64,000 bases of DNA. It comes from Acidobacteriota bacterium. GTDB taxonomy: Bacteria; Acidobacteriota; Thermoanaerobaculia; Multivoradales; UBA5704. Each line of letters begins with the position of its first letter. Position 1 is the first letter of the stretch. Of this stretch, positions 38,653-47,538 are shown piece by piece. The position numbers were made by a program, and so were the translations under genes. The DNA is taken from positions 63,524-127,523 of the forward strand of contig JBKPTH010000003.1 in assembly GCA_046765915.1 (NCBI GenBank). The letters run 5' to 3'. The notes under the pieces are model-generated. The model did not search any database and had not been told where the DNA came from. It was given only the letters and a program-made list of their open reading frames with translations.

Positions 38653-38828
38653 CTCGTACTTTGAAGCTGTTCCAAGCGCGTGCGCTGAAACGGCCCGCCG
38701 TTCGCAAAGCCTATGACGAGCTTGAAGAGGAATTTGCCATTCTCGACGAAGTGCTCAGAACTCGCGCCGAGGCGGGCCTTACACAAGCGGAGGTCGCGCG
38801 TGCTACGCAACCCGGCGGCGCGGAGTGA
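38649..38828 (+). pseudogene. Truncated remnant (59 aa) of an XRE-type antitoxin-like gene; its ATG overlaps the carB stop.
   Basis: [59 protein letters not shown] matches the N-terminal part of a common ~95-aa HTH antitoxin family, but ends inside the HTH. Not in the ORF track (<60 aa). Confidence 0.5.
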
Positions 38829-39102
38829 CCACCACGGAGACGGAAGCCCCTGCGTGACCTAGCATCTCGATCAGGCTATCGACGCTAAATCGATCAATCT
38901 TGCCGCGTGTGAGATCGCTGATCCTCGGCTGAGTTACTCCGAGAAGCTTGGCCGCTGCCGCCTGCGTGAGCTCCTGGGTCTCGATCAACTGCGTCAGCTC
39001 AATCATCAAGTCGGCTCGAATCTTGAGGTTCTCCGCCTCCTCTTTGCTGAATCCGAGATCCCTGAACACGTTGCCGCTGGAGCGGCGAACTCGGACTGCC
39101 AT
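38803..39102 (-). CDS. HigA-like XRE-family HTH protein (99 aa); orphan antitoxin-like regulator.
   Basis: MAVRVRRSSGNVFRDLGFSKEEAENLKIRADLMIELTQLIETQELTQAAAAKLLGVTQPRISDLTRGKIDRFSVDSLIEMLGHAG. RBS AAGGAGAAG. No cognate toxin ORF adjacent. Confidence 0.75.
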   Translation of the reverse strand: MAVRVRRSSGNVFRDLGFSKEEAENLKIRADLMIELTQLIETQELTQAAAAKLLGVTQPRISDLTRGKIDRFSVDSLIEMLGHAGASVSVVVTPRRRVA

Positions 39103-39175
39103 CGACTTCTCCTTTTTTCGCGCCGCATCGCTTCCACCTGCTGCAGGCGCCTGCGCCCTATCAGCCACCGGGCCA

Positions 39176-39195
39176 TTATACAACTGGGTGTATAA
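39176..39195. promoter_or_regulatory. Perfect palindrome TTATACA-actggg-TGTATAA in the AT-rich divergent intergenic region (candidate operator).
   Basis: 7-bp inverted repeat, 74 nt upstream of the HigA-like start and 73 nt upstream of the ATPase gene start. Confidence 0.5.
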
Positions 39196-39267
39196 ATCCC
39201 AGGCGCGCGGCAACACCTTGAAAATCGGGAGCCGGACTCCAGGATTTCAGGGTAAACTCGTCTCGTC

Positions 39268-40371
39268 ATGATCGGAGCCCGGCAGGTCGGCAAGACGACT
39301 CTCGCCATGGCTTTCGCCGCTGGCTTCGAGGGCGAGGTGACGCGGTTCGACCTGGAGAATCCCCGCGACCTGCATCGCCTCGACGATCCGATGTTTGCCT
39401 TGGAGAGCTTGCGCGGGCTGGTGGTTCTGGACGAGATCCAGCTCCGGCCGGAGCTTTTTCCGGTCCTGCGGGTGCTGGCCGATCGAGAGGCACGGCCTGC
39501 GAGCTTCTTGGTGCTGGGGAGCGCGTCTCCGAACCTGCTGCGGCAGACCTCGGAATCCCTCGCTGGTCGCATCGCCTATCACGAGCTCGGCGGGCTGAGC
39601 CTGGAGGAGGTGGGGAAGGAGAATGCCGATAAGCTGTGGCTCCGCGGCGGCTTGCCGCTGTCCTATCTCGCCGCTTCCGAAGCCGCCAGCAATCTGTGGC
39701 GCCAGCAGTTCATCCGCACCTACCTCGAGCGCGATCTCTCGGAGTTGGGGATCCGGCTCCCCGCCACCACGATGCGCCGGTTCTGGACCATGCTCGCCCA
39801 CTACCACGGCGAGATCTGGAACGGCGCGGAGCTGGCGCGCGCCTTTGGTGTCTCCGAGAAGACCGTCCGCAGCTATCTCGACACTCTCTGCTCCACTTTT
39901 ATGGCCAAGCGGTTGGAGCCCTGGTACGAGAACGTCGCGAAGCGCCAGGTGAAGTCCCCGAAGATCTATCTCGCCGACAGCGGCATTCTCCATCCCTTAC
40001 TGGCGTTGCAGTCTCGCGAAGATCTGCTCGGGCATCCCAAGGTAGGGGCTTCCTGGGAAGGTTTCGCCATCGGCGAAGTGGTGGCGCGCCTCGATGCCCG
40101 ACCTGAGGACTGTTTTTTCTGGAAGTTGCACAGCGGCGCCGAGCTGGATCTGCTGATCCGGCGCGGCAGCGTTCGCCGCGGTTTCGAGCTCAAGCTCACC
40201 AGTAGCCCACGAGTCACGCCCTCCATGCATTCGGCTCTGGACAACCTCGGCCTGGAAGAGCTGGTGGTCATCCATGCCGGCGCCGAGTCCTACCCTCTGG
40301 CTCCTCGCATCCGTGCGGTAGCCTTGAGACGGCTGTGGGAGGATCTGACGCCTCTGGATTCTGGGATCTGA
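39268..40371 (+). CDS. AAA+ ATPase of the COG1373 type (AAA_14 + DUF4143); N-terminus appears truncated (starts at the P-loop).
   Basis: MIGARQVGKTTL... with no upstream in-frame extension (stop 9 codons upstream). The remainder is collinear with DUF4143 ATPases (...KIYLADSGILHPLL...). Confidence 0.7.
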   Translation: MIGARQVGKTTLAMAFAAGFEGEVTRFDLENPRDLHRLDDPMFALESLRGLVVLDEIQLRPELFPVLRVLADREARPASFLVLGSASPNLLRQTSESLAGRIAYHELGGLSLEEVGKENADKLWLRGGLPLSYLAASEAASNLWRQQFIRTYLERDLSELGIRLPATTMRRFWTMLAHYHGEIWNGAELARAFGVSEKTVRSYLDTLCSTFMAKRLEPWYENVAKRQVKSPKIYLADSGILHPLLALQSREDLLGHPKVGASWEGFAIGEVVARLDARPEDCFFWKLHSGAELDLLIRRGSVRRGFELKLTSSPRVTPSMHSALDNLGLEELVVIHAGAESYPLAPRIRAVALRRLWEDLTPLDSGI

Positions 40372-40604
40372 CCGCTTGGTACAGCGGCGTCAGGTAGGCG
40401 CGCGTCCGCCGGCCTGTTAGACAGGCAGAATTGAGAGTCTCCGCGCCCCGTCCGATGCTGGTGGCCGCTTTTGCAGTGGACCTGCGTTTATCCAGGTAAG
40501 ACCGAACGGCCGTCCATTCCGGCCCAGAAGTCCGAGAGATCCATGAGGCCAATGAAATAGCGAGTCCCTATTAAACCGTGAGCCGGAGAGAGGAGGAATT
40601 TTCA

Positions 40605-41030
40605 ATGGACCACATCATCAACGTGAGTCTGATTGACGGACGAGTGCATGCCGATCCTAACCCCTTGCCGAGGAGACCACTACCCGTGGTTCTTGTGAAG
40701 TCAGGAGAGGCCGTAGCCTGGCTCTTTGACCGTGAGACTGTGGGAGACAGGGTGCTCACGGTGAAGTTTCAGGCAGTCGTTGACTTGGACCCAGAAACTG
40801 GGAAACCCAAAGGCTCGCCCACGTCTACCGATCGCTTTGACCCGTTCATTAGTTTTGAGCGCAGCCTCGGCATCGTCGGCCCGGACGTTCCTCAGGACAT
40901 CAGACAAGCCAAACGCTACCTCTACAGGATTCTCGACGAAGACGGTAACCCGCTCCTTTGGGACAACCCGGTGCCTGGGCAACCAGCGGACTTCGGCGGC
41001 GGCATCGATATCCCCGCGACACCTCCTTGA
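40605..41030 (+). CDS. Small hypothetical protein (141 aa), family A copy 1 (ends GGGIDIPATPP).
   Basis: RBS GAGAGGAGGAATTTTCA then ATG. Paralog of 41292..41702. Confidence 0.6.
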   Translation: MDHIINVSLIDGRVHADPNPLPRRPLPVVLVKSGEAVAWLFDRETVGDRVLTVKFQAVVDLDPETGKPKGSPTSTDRFDPFISFERSLGIVGPDVPQDIRQAKRYLYRILDEDGNPLLWDNPVPGQPADFGGGIDIPATPP

Positions 41031-41039
41031 TACTGCTGG

Positions 41040-41249
41040 CTAACTCGCGTCCTTGCCAGACCTGCGGGAGTCGAGGAGGGCTCGGAATTCCGGGTCCTCC
41101 TTGAAGGAGCGGAACTCGGGAATCGTGAACCCTCCCGCCGCAAGCTTTCTTGAGGTCGAGTAAAGCGTAGTTGTACGCGTCCGGCGCGATTGGCCGCCTT
41201 TCCCGTAGAGAAAAGTCGAGCATCGCGTCAATTCAGAAGAGAAAGCCAC
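41040..41249 (-). pseudogene. Decayed duplicate of the 3' end of the Ser/Thr kinase gene.
   Basis: ...GGFTIPEFRSFKEDPEFRALLDSRRSGKDAS* matches ...REWFTIPEFRSFKEDPEFRALLDSRRSAKGAS* of 41716..44463. Nucleotide identity ~85% over ~110 bp, then divergence. Confidence 0.7.
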
Positions 41250-41291
41250 TCGTGCCGAGCGGCTTCGATTTCAGAGAGGAGGAGCAATCCG

Positions 41292-41702
41292 ATGAACCAC
41301 AAGATCGATGTGTCGTTTATCGGCTCACAGGTGAGTGCAACACCGAACCCCTCGCCGGGGAGCGGAAACTTCGTGAAGCCCGGAGAAACGGTGACTTGGC
41401 GTTTTGACGAGGCGAAGGATCTGCAAGTGGTATTTCGGGAATTCGTTGACCTAGCTGCCGATGGAAGCGTTATTGAAACTACCCGCAAGCCTTCCAACCC
41501 TTTAGGTCCCCTCAGCGGTCTCTCGCTCGGTGCGGGCCTGCTCATCGGCACGATCCGCTCGGACGTTCCTCAGGGCACGCCGAGCAGGCGCTTCATCTAC
41601 AAGCTCGTCCAAGACGGGATCGATCTTCAGTGGGCGGCTCCGGTGCCCGGGGGCAGCGCGACCAATGGCGGCGGCATCGATATCCCTAGTACACCCCCGT
41701 AG
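41292..41702 (+). CDS. Small hypothetical protein (136 aa), family A copy 2 (ends GGGIDIPSTPP).
   Basis: RBS GAGAGGAGGAGCAATCCG then ATG. Shares N-terminal I.VS.I...V.A.PNP.P and C-terminal DVPQG...RYLYR/RFIYK...L.W..PVPG...GGGIDIP.TPP with copy 1. Confidence 0.6.
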   Translation: MNHKIDVSFIGSQVSATPNPSPGSGNFVKPGETVTWRFDEAKDLQVVFREFVDLAADGSVIETTRKPSNPLGPLSGLSLGAGLLIGTIRSDVPQGTPSRRFIYKLVQDGIDLQWAAPVPGGSATNGGGIDIPSTPP

Positions 41703-41715
41703 GGCATGCTGCCGG

Positions 41716-44463
41716 CTAGCTCGCGCCTTTGGCAGATCTGCGGGAGTCGAGGAGGGCCCGGAACTCCGGGTCCTCCTTGAAGGAGCGGAACTCGGGGATC
41801 GTGAACCACTCCCTCCGCAGACCTTTTTTGAGGGCGAGCAAAGCGTAGTAGCGGGCCGACACGCGGTCTCCGAGGAGCGCATAGAGCTGGGCCGCTTGGT
41901 TGAGGACTTGGACGTCCTCTGGTCTTTGTTTAAGCACTTCGTCGGCGATCTGTTCTGCGTCGGCCCCGTTGCCCGTCCGCGCGAGGCACTGCGCGTACAG
42001 CATGCGAGTGCGCGCATCTAGGAAAGGTGGTCCGGCGGCTAGTTCCTTCGCTAGGGTCCCATATAGGCGCCGCGCTTCGACAAGGTCTCCCTGGGCTTCG
42101 AGCGCAGTGGCCAGATTGAAGCGGGTCAGGAGGTGGCTAGGCTTCAAGGCGAGAGCCCGGCGGTATGCCTCGGCGGCCCCTGCATAGTCGCCGAGGAGGA
42201 AGCGGACGAAACCGAGATTCGTAAAGTAAGGGCGCGTTGGCCGGACGCGGATCAGCCTTTCGTACAGCGTCATGGCGCGCTTCAGGTCTCCGAAGCCTAC
42301 CTCCAGCGCCGCTATGTTCTCCAGTACGAACTGGTTGTCTGGTTGCGCCGCCAAGAGACCTTTAAGGCGAAGTTGGGCGCTGTCGCTCGCACCCAAGCGG
42401 AATTCAAGCGTTGCTACTTCCAGGATGTTGCGCCAGGTGGGCCGTCGGTGGGCGACTTCCTCTCTTAGATGGAAAGCCTGTTCCAACTCTCCCTGGGCCT
42501 CCAGGAGGTCGGCCCTGGCGCTCTGCACACGCGCGTCGCCGGGAGCCAGCTTCTCCAGCCGAGCTAGCGTAGTACTCGCCGCGTCGAGCTGCGCTGCCTC
42601 CAATTCGATTCGGATACGGGTGAAGAGGACCCCTGGATCATAAGGGGCGGTTTTCTCAGCTCGAGCCACATAGCCGAACGCTCGACCAAGGGTTCCTTGG
42701 TTGCGCGCGATGCCTGCAGCAAGCAAATAAGCGCCGACCAGGCCAGGTGAGGCCCGCAGTAGAGAATCCAACCGGGCAAGCTCGTCGTTTCCGAGACGTT
42801 CTCCGCGGTCAACCCGGTGCTCTAGCTGAATGTAAGCGGAATAGTCCTGGGGTCTAACTTTTCCGCTTGGCGATCCCGACCGGAGAGGATGGTCGGAGTA
42901 GATCTGCTGTACGTTGGCTCGCACTCCCTCAGCGAGCTGATGGGCGTTCTCGATACCCATCTGGACTTCGAATGGCCCGACCGTGGCCAGAACCTCACCT
43001 CCGAGCTTGCGGAGACGGCGGAAGACGACATGACACCAATCTCCCTGGCAGTTGAGGCGGGGGAGGAGCACCTCGTCCGCTTCCGCGGCGCGCAGTCTCT
43101 CGATTTCAGCGCCGCTCTTCTCATTCCGCTCGGGTGGATCAAGGGGCTGCAGACTCTTGAGGGAGACGAGCGTGGCGAGGGTTGCTTCCATCACGTCAGA
43201 GGCAACGAAGGAAAGCTCCGCATCTTTCCCGACTGACTTCACAACCGGGCGCAAGACCGCCACCCGCACTGGTGGCTTCGATGCGAGGCGCCAGGGTCGC
43301 CACAAGAGGACAATGATGAGTGCGCTGATTGCCAGCGCCGCAGTGACGAGGCCCTTCCACAGCCCTTTCCTGCTGGGGCGACGGAGAGTCGCCGACCCTT
43401 TCGGCAACTCCTCCGATTCGAGATCGGCCAGGAGCTCCGCGGCGTTTGCATAGCGCTCGGCCCGGTCTTTGGCCAATGCTCGGTCGACCACGCGGGCCAG
43501 ATCCGGCGGGCGGCCGCGCTTCAGCGGTTCAGGCTCATGGGTCAGGATCGCTGAGACCACCGCTTCCATGCTCTCGCCGTTAAAGGGTCGCTGGCCGGCG
43601 ACCATCTCATACAGCAGCACCCCCAGCGACCAGACATCAGTGCGGCTGTCCACCGGCTCGCCACGGATCTGCTCGGGAGACATGTAGGCGGGCGTTCCCC
43701 AACTTGCGCCGGTGCGGGTGAGGGAGACTTCGTCGCCCTTCAGGCGTGCGATGCCGAAGTCGAGGATCTTCGCCTCGCCGCGACGAGTCAGCATCACGTT
43801 GGCCGGCTTGATGTCGCGGTGGACGATCCCGGCTTCGTGAGCGCGCGCCAGGCCTCGCGCTATCTGGATCGCCACCTCCCGGGCCTCCGCGAGCGGCAGC
43901 GGCCCGCGCCGGATCCTCTCCCGCAGCGTCTCTCCCTCGTAGTAGGACAGGACGATGTACAGGCGGCTATCGCTTTCGCCGACATCGTGGATAGTGCAGA
44001 GGTTGGGATGGTCGACGGCCGCCGCGGCCCTCGCCTCACGAAGGAACCGCTCTTTCGCCTTGCGATCTCGGCTGAATTCCGGCGGCAGGACCTTGACCGC
44101 CACACGGCGTCCGAGCCGCGTGTCCTCCGCCTCGTAGACTGTTCCCATGCCGCCACCGCCGATCTCGCGGAGGAGCCGGTACGGTCCCACCTGGCGGCCT
44201 ACGAGATCCGTCACGACCTCGTCCTCGTCGGCCTCGTCACCGAACAGATCCGCGGCGTAGTCGCCAGCCGGCACACCGAGAAAGCTGCCGGCCTTCGCGT
44301 CTGCTACTAGGAGGGCTTCGACCTCTGCACGTAGGTCCGAATCGCCGGCGCAAGCTTGGTCGAGAAGAGCGCTGTGCTCCTCAGGGGGAAGATCCAAGAC
44401 AAGGTCGAGAATCGCTTCGATCCGCCGCCAGTGGGCGACATCCGTCGGCGAGTCTGTCCTCAT
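41716..44463 (-). CDS. Ser/Thr protein kinase with TM segment and C-terminal TPR repeats.
   Basis: Hanks kinase motifs GGGGMGTVYEA, VAVKVL, HRDIKPANVML, DFGIA, GTPAYMSPE. TM ALAISALIIVLLW. TPR-like C-terminal half. The start overlaps the upstream sigma stop (ATGA). Confidence 0.9.
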   Translation of the reverse strand: MRTDSPTDVAHWRRIEAILDLVLDLPPEEHSALLDQACAGDSDLRAEVEALLVADAKAGSFLGVPAGDYAADLFGDEADEDEVVTDLVGRQVGPYRLLREIGGGGMGTVYEAEDTRLGRRVAVKVLPPEFSRDRKAKERFLREARAAAAVDHPNLCTIHDVGESDSRLYIVLSYYEGETLRERIRRGPLPLAEAREVAIQIARGLARAHEAGIVHRDIKPANVMLTRRGEAKILDFGIARLKGDEVSLTRTGASWGTPAYMSPEQIRGEPVDSRTDVWSLGVLLYEMVAGQRPFNGESMEAVVSAILTHEPEPLKRGRPPDLARVVDRALAKDRAERYANAAELLADLESEELPKGSATLRRPSRKGLWKGLVTAALAISALIIVLLWRPWRLASKPPVRVAVLRPVVKSVGKDAELSFVASDVMEATLATLVSLKSLQPLDPPERNEKSGAEIERLRAAEADEVLLPRLNCQGDWCHVVFRRLRKLGGEVLATVGPFEVQMGIENAHQLAEGVRANVQQIYSDHPLRSGSPSGKVRPQDYSAYIQLEHRVDRGERLGNDELARLDSLLRASPGLVGAYLLAAGIARNQGTLGRAFGYVARAEKTAPYDPGVLFTRIRIELEAAQLDAASTTLARLEKLAPGDARVQSARADLLEAQGELEQAFHLREEVAHRRPTWRNILEVATLEFRLGASDSAQLRLKGLLAAQPDNQFVLENIAALEVGFGDLKRAMTLYERLIRVRPTRPYFTNLGFVRFLLGDYAGAAEAYRRALALKPSHLLTRFNLATALEAQGDLVEARRLYGTLAKELAAGPPFLDARTRMLYAQCLARTGNGADAEQIADEVLKQRPEDVQVLNQAAQLYALLGDRVSARYYALLALKKGLRREWFTIPEFRSFKEDPEFRALLDSRRSAKGAS

Positions 44464-45062
44464 CCCGCGGCCTGGCCGCCGAGGGCCTGAAAGAGAAAGG
44501 CTTTGGCCTTGCGCCAGTCGCGGCGCACCGTCCGTTCCGAGGTCCCCATCACCTGTGCCGTCTCCTCCTCGGTCAGACCGGCGAAGAACCGCAGCTCCAC
44601 GAGCCGGCTCAGCCGCTCGTTGAGAGCCGCGAGCGACGTCAGGGCGCGATCCACGGCGAGGACCTCGACGGCGCGCGCCTCGGCGTCCGGATCCGCTCCG
44701 TCCATGTGCAGCTCGTCGAAGGCGATCCGCACCTCCTCGCCGCCGCGTTTCTTCGCCACGCGACGGCGGGCGGAATCCACGAGGATCTGGCGCATCGCGA
44801 GGGCCGCCACGGAGTAGAAGTGGTAGCGGTCCTGCCAGGTGATGCCCTCGTGGTCCACCAGTTTCAGGTAGGCCTCATGCACGAGAGCGGTGGTGGTAAG
44901 CGTCTGTCCGGACCGGCGACGGCGAATCTCCCGGCGCGCCATGACGCGCAACTCGTCATACACCAGGGTCATCAGCCGGTGCGCGGCGCCGCCGTCCCCC
45001 TGGCGAGCTGCGGCGAGGAGGCCGGTGATCTCTCCCGTCGAGCCGAGGTTCTGCCGGTCCAT
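44460..45062 (-). CDS. ECF-type sigma factor of the kinase-associated class (TIGR02999-like).
   Basis: 200 aa. ...ALVHEAYLKLVD... and region 4 LVELRFFAGLTEEETAQVMGTSERTVRRDWRKAKAFL. Immediately upstream of, and overlapping, the STK gene. Confidence 0.8.
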   Translation of the reverse strand: MDRQNLGSTGEITGLLAAARQGDGGAAHRLMTLVYDELRVMARREIRRRRSGQTLTTTALVHEAYLKLVDHEGITWQDRYHFYSVAALAMRQILVDSARRRVAKKRGGEEVRIAFDELHMDGADPDAEARAVEVLAVDRALTSLAALNERLSRLVELRFFAGLTEEETAQVMGTSERTVRRDWRKAKAFLFQALGGQAAG

Positions 45063-45163
45063 GGGCTCCAGAGCTTTCGAGGACTCTGGAGAGAATAGCC
45101 GCGGCCCGGCGGGATTTCAAGCCGGACAGCGGCGCGCAAGGAAGTCGGCAGGCCCAGGGCAGT

Positions 45164-45850
45164 CTAGAAGGTGAACGAAGTCATCAGAGCCCAGCCGAAC
45201 CGTCCCTCCTTCTTGAACCTCACCGCCTCCTCGGAAGTTTCCTGGTCTTCCTTCAGCCCTCCGCCGAGAACCTGGACACTTGGATCGAACGACAGTCCAA
45301 TCCCAATGTTTGCACTGTTCGATTCCTTGACGTTTGTTCGGAATCCCCACATGACTCCCAGTGCCAGGGCATCAATGGCGCTGTCGTCGCTGCTTTGCAC
45401 AGCGATGAAGGGACCGAAACCCATGTGTGGAGGATCGGGCATAGTGGGCCGTTTTCCCTCAGCGTTCGCCATCCATCTCGCCTTTTTCTGCTGATATTCG
45501 CGCCAGCCTTTCACCTTGCCACCGTCTTTGGGGCCTGTAAGGAACATGTGCATCTCCAGGAACAGCTGTGGACGTAGATCGCCCTCTTCATCAACTCGCA
45601 CGATTTTATGGGCGTCGATCGAGGCCTTCTCGACAGCACGATCCCCTCCGAAGCGTCCCATCACGCCGATCCCGGTACCCCACTTCAATCCCAGGAAGTC
45701 CGTAGTGGCCACCTCTATCGTGGCCTCTTCCGCTTGGAGGCCCGCTGTGTTCCGGGCGGCCGCGTCGGCCTGAGCATCGGCCTGAGCATGTGCCGCCGCC
45801 TCGTAGCCGCCAATCAGCATTATCAGAGCAATCAACGCGATTCTTTTCAT
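45164..45850 (-). CDS. Small outer-membrane beta-barrel protein (228 aa; C-terminal ...MTSFTF).
   Basis: Start MKRIALIALIMLIGGYEAAAHA (signal peptide) with RBS AAGGAGG. Terminal F. Confidence 0.65.
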   Translation of the reverse strand: MKRIALIALIMLIGGYEAAAHAQADAQADAAARNTAGLQAEEATIEVATTDFLGLKWGTGIGVMGRFGGDRAVEKASIDAHKIVRVDEEGDLRPQLFLEMHMFLTGPKDGGKVKGWREYQQKKARWMANAEGKRPTMPDPPHMGFGPFIAVQSSDDSAIDALALGVMWGFRTNVKESNSANIGIGLSFDPSVQVLGGGLKEDQETSEEAVRFKKEGRFGWALMTSFTF

Positions 45851-45963
45851 GGCGCTCCTCCTTGCCTCGAAGAGCCAGCCCAGCATGGGTGGTCTCCTCT
45901 TCTGCAAACGCAGAAAGCCACCAAAGGCGGCCATCGCCGTTTTCCATCTAGATTCCGGTGGCC

Positions 45964-46027
45964 GACGACCTCAACGGAGACCAGGAGGAGCGGCCGATGG
46001 CCGACGTGGGCCTGACCTATCTGTTCT
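45964..46027 (+). pseudogene. Orphan 64-nt fragment matching the 3' end of OMP gene 4109..5131 (..DLNG..VGLTYLF*).
   Basis: cgacctcaacggagaccaggaggagcggccgatggccgacgtgggcctgacctatctgttctga vs cgacctcaacggcgagcagaccgagaaggcggtggcgaacgtgggcctgacgtatctgttctga (~80% identity). Confidence 0.6.
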
Positions 46028-46204
46028 GATCCCTGTCAACTACGGGCCAAACAGGTCAACCAGGTTCAATACGCAGGCTGTCCGATGCCCTACCTTGGCT
46101 CGGAAGGGAGAAAATGTTGCATTCCAACTGCTATGACAGATTGAAACCTTCAATCCACGAGGGCGTAACTAGAGTCCTGATGACTCAGTTGGAAGGGGTG
46201 CTTC

Positions 46205-47029
46205 ATGATCCCGGCCTGCCAGCCCTCACCCGCGCATCCCGTGCGCGTCCTGCGCGCGGTCGCCGTTCCCGGGTTTCGTTTCGCCCGCTGTGTCCATGAG
46301 GCGGACCTCGGTGAGCATTATCATGAAGTGGCGACTATAAGCATCCTGATCGCCGGCTCCTTCGAGGAACGTTACGCCAGACCGCGCTCGCCCGAGACGT
46401 GCGACCGCTTCGCCGTCCTGTATCGCGCGCCGGGCGAGGTCCACGCCGATCATTATTGCGAGGATGGATGTGACAACGTCAACATCGTCGTGACGGCGTC
46501 CGGTTGGGAGAGCTTCGAAGCCGTCCGGCCCCATCCCGTGCCCGTCGTGTGCCTGCGGCAGGCCGAGCTCGTCACACTCAGCCAACGCATCGTACGGGAG
46601 CTGGACGTCAACGACGCTGCGACTTCCTTGGGCCTCCAGGGATTAGGGTTAGAGCTGCTGGCAAGCCTCTGCAGGAGCGGGACGTTCGGCGCCAGCATGG
46701 TGCAGCCGCGCTGGCTGCGCCGCGTGCGCGACCTGTTGCACGAGCGCTTTCGGGACCAGGAGCTCGAGCTTCGGGCCCTCGCGCGGGAGACGCGGGTGCA
46801 TCCGGCGTCGCTGACGCGCGCCTTCCGGCACGCGTACGGCGTCACGCCCAGCGAGTACCTGCGGACGCTGCGTCTCCAGTGGTCCATGCAGGAGCTGCGG
46901 GAGGGAGAACGGTCCCTGTCAGACATTGCCTTCGAAGCAGGGTTCGCCGATCAGAGCCATTTTTCGCGCGCTTTTCGCCGGCAGTTCGGCACCACGCCGG
47001 GGGCGGTCCGGCGCGGAGCTTCGCGCTGA
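46205..47029 (+). CDS. AraC/XylS-family transcriptional regulator.
   Basis: C-terminal dual HTH: LARETRVHPASLTRAFRHAYGVTPSEYLRTLRLQWSMQEL...IAFEAGFADQSHFSRAFRRQFGTTPGAVRR. Confidence 0.85.
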   Translation: MIPACQPSPAHPVRVLRAVAVPGFRFARCVHEADLGEHYHEVATISILIAGSFEERYARPRSPETCDRFAVLYRAPGEVHADHYCEDGCDNVNIVVTASGWESFEAVRPHPVPVVCLRQAELVTLSQRIVRELDVNDAATSLGLQGLGLELLASLCRSGTFGASMVQPRWLRRVRDLLHERFRDQELELRALARETRVHPASLTRAFRHAYGVTPSEYLRTLRLQWSMQELREGERSLSDIAFEAGFADQSHFSRAFRRQFGTTPGAVRRGASR

Positions 47030-47153
47030 CGGCGCCGCGGGTCTTTCATGCCCGTTGCGGGCAAGACCCATCAAATCGATGCAATACATGTGTTTGTTCG
47101 CCGCCCTACGCTAGGAGCATGACACACGGGCTCAAGCCCAGAAAGGAAATGTC

Positions 47154-47465
47154 ATGAAAAAGTTCCGTTTTCTCCTGGTGATCGGCGGCTGTTGCGGGTT
47201 GTTCCTGGGTCTGTTCCCGTCGGGAGCGCAGGCGCTGGGACGCTGTTCCGTCGTGTGCACGCCTACCGCATCCTGCGATCTCCAGTGCGCGGCGATCGGG
47301 GGCGGCTCGCCGGAAATCACCACCTGCGGCGACTGGGGGCGCTGCGCCGGTTACGCCGCCAGCGATCTCTTCGCCCGCGAGGATTCCACCACTCCGTCCT
47401 TCGACGACGGTCTCACCTGCAGCGCCGTCGGAACCAACGCCGCGGCTCCCGTCGCGGTTCGCTGA
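47154..47465 (+). CDS. Small secreted Cys-rich protein (103 aa).
   Basis: RBS GAAAGGAAATGTC then ATG. Signal peptide MKKFRFLLVIGGCCGLFLGLFPSGAQA. Mature region LGRCSVVCTPTASCDLQCAAIGGGSPEITTCGDWGRCAGY... Terminator hairpin at 47480..47511. Confidence 0.6.
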   Translation: MKKFRFLLVIGGCCGLFLGLFPSGAQALGRCSVVCTPTASCDLQCAAIGGGSPEITTCGDWGRCAGYAASDLFAREDSTTPSFDDGLTCSAVGTNAAAPVAVR

Positions 47466-47479
47466 ACCGCGGCATCGCC

Positions 47480-47511
47480 GGGGCAGGCCGTCGACGGCCT
47501 GCCCCTTCGTT
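47480..47511 (+). terminator. Terminator hairpin (GGGGCAGGCCG-tcga-CGGCCTGCCCC + ttcgtt).
   Basis: Perfect 11-bp stem with a weak U-tract. Confidence 0.6.
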
Positions 47512-47538
47512 ACGGATCTCGCGATAGGATTCCTCGGC

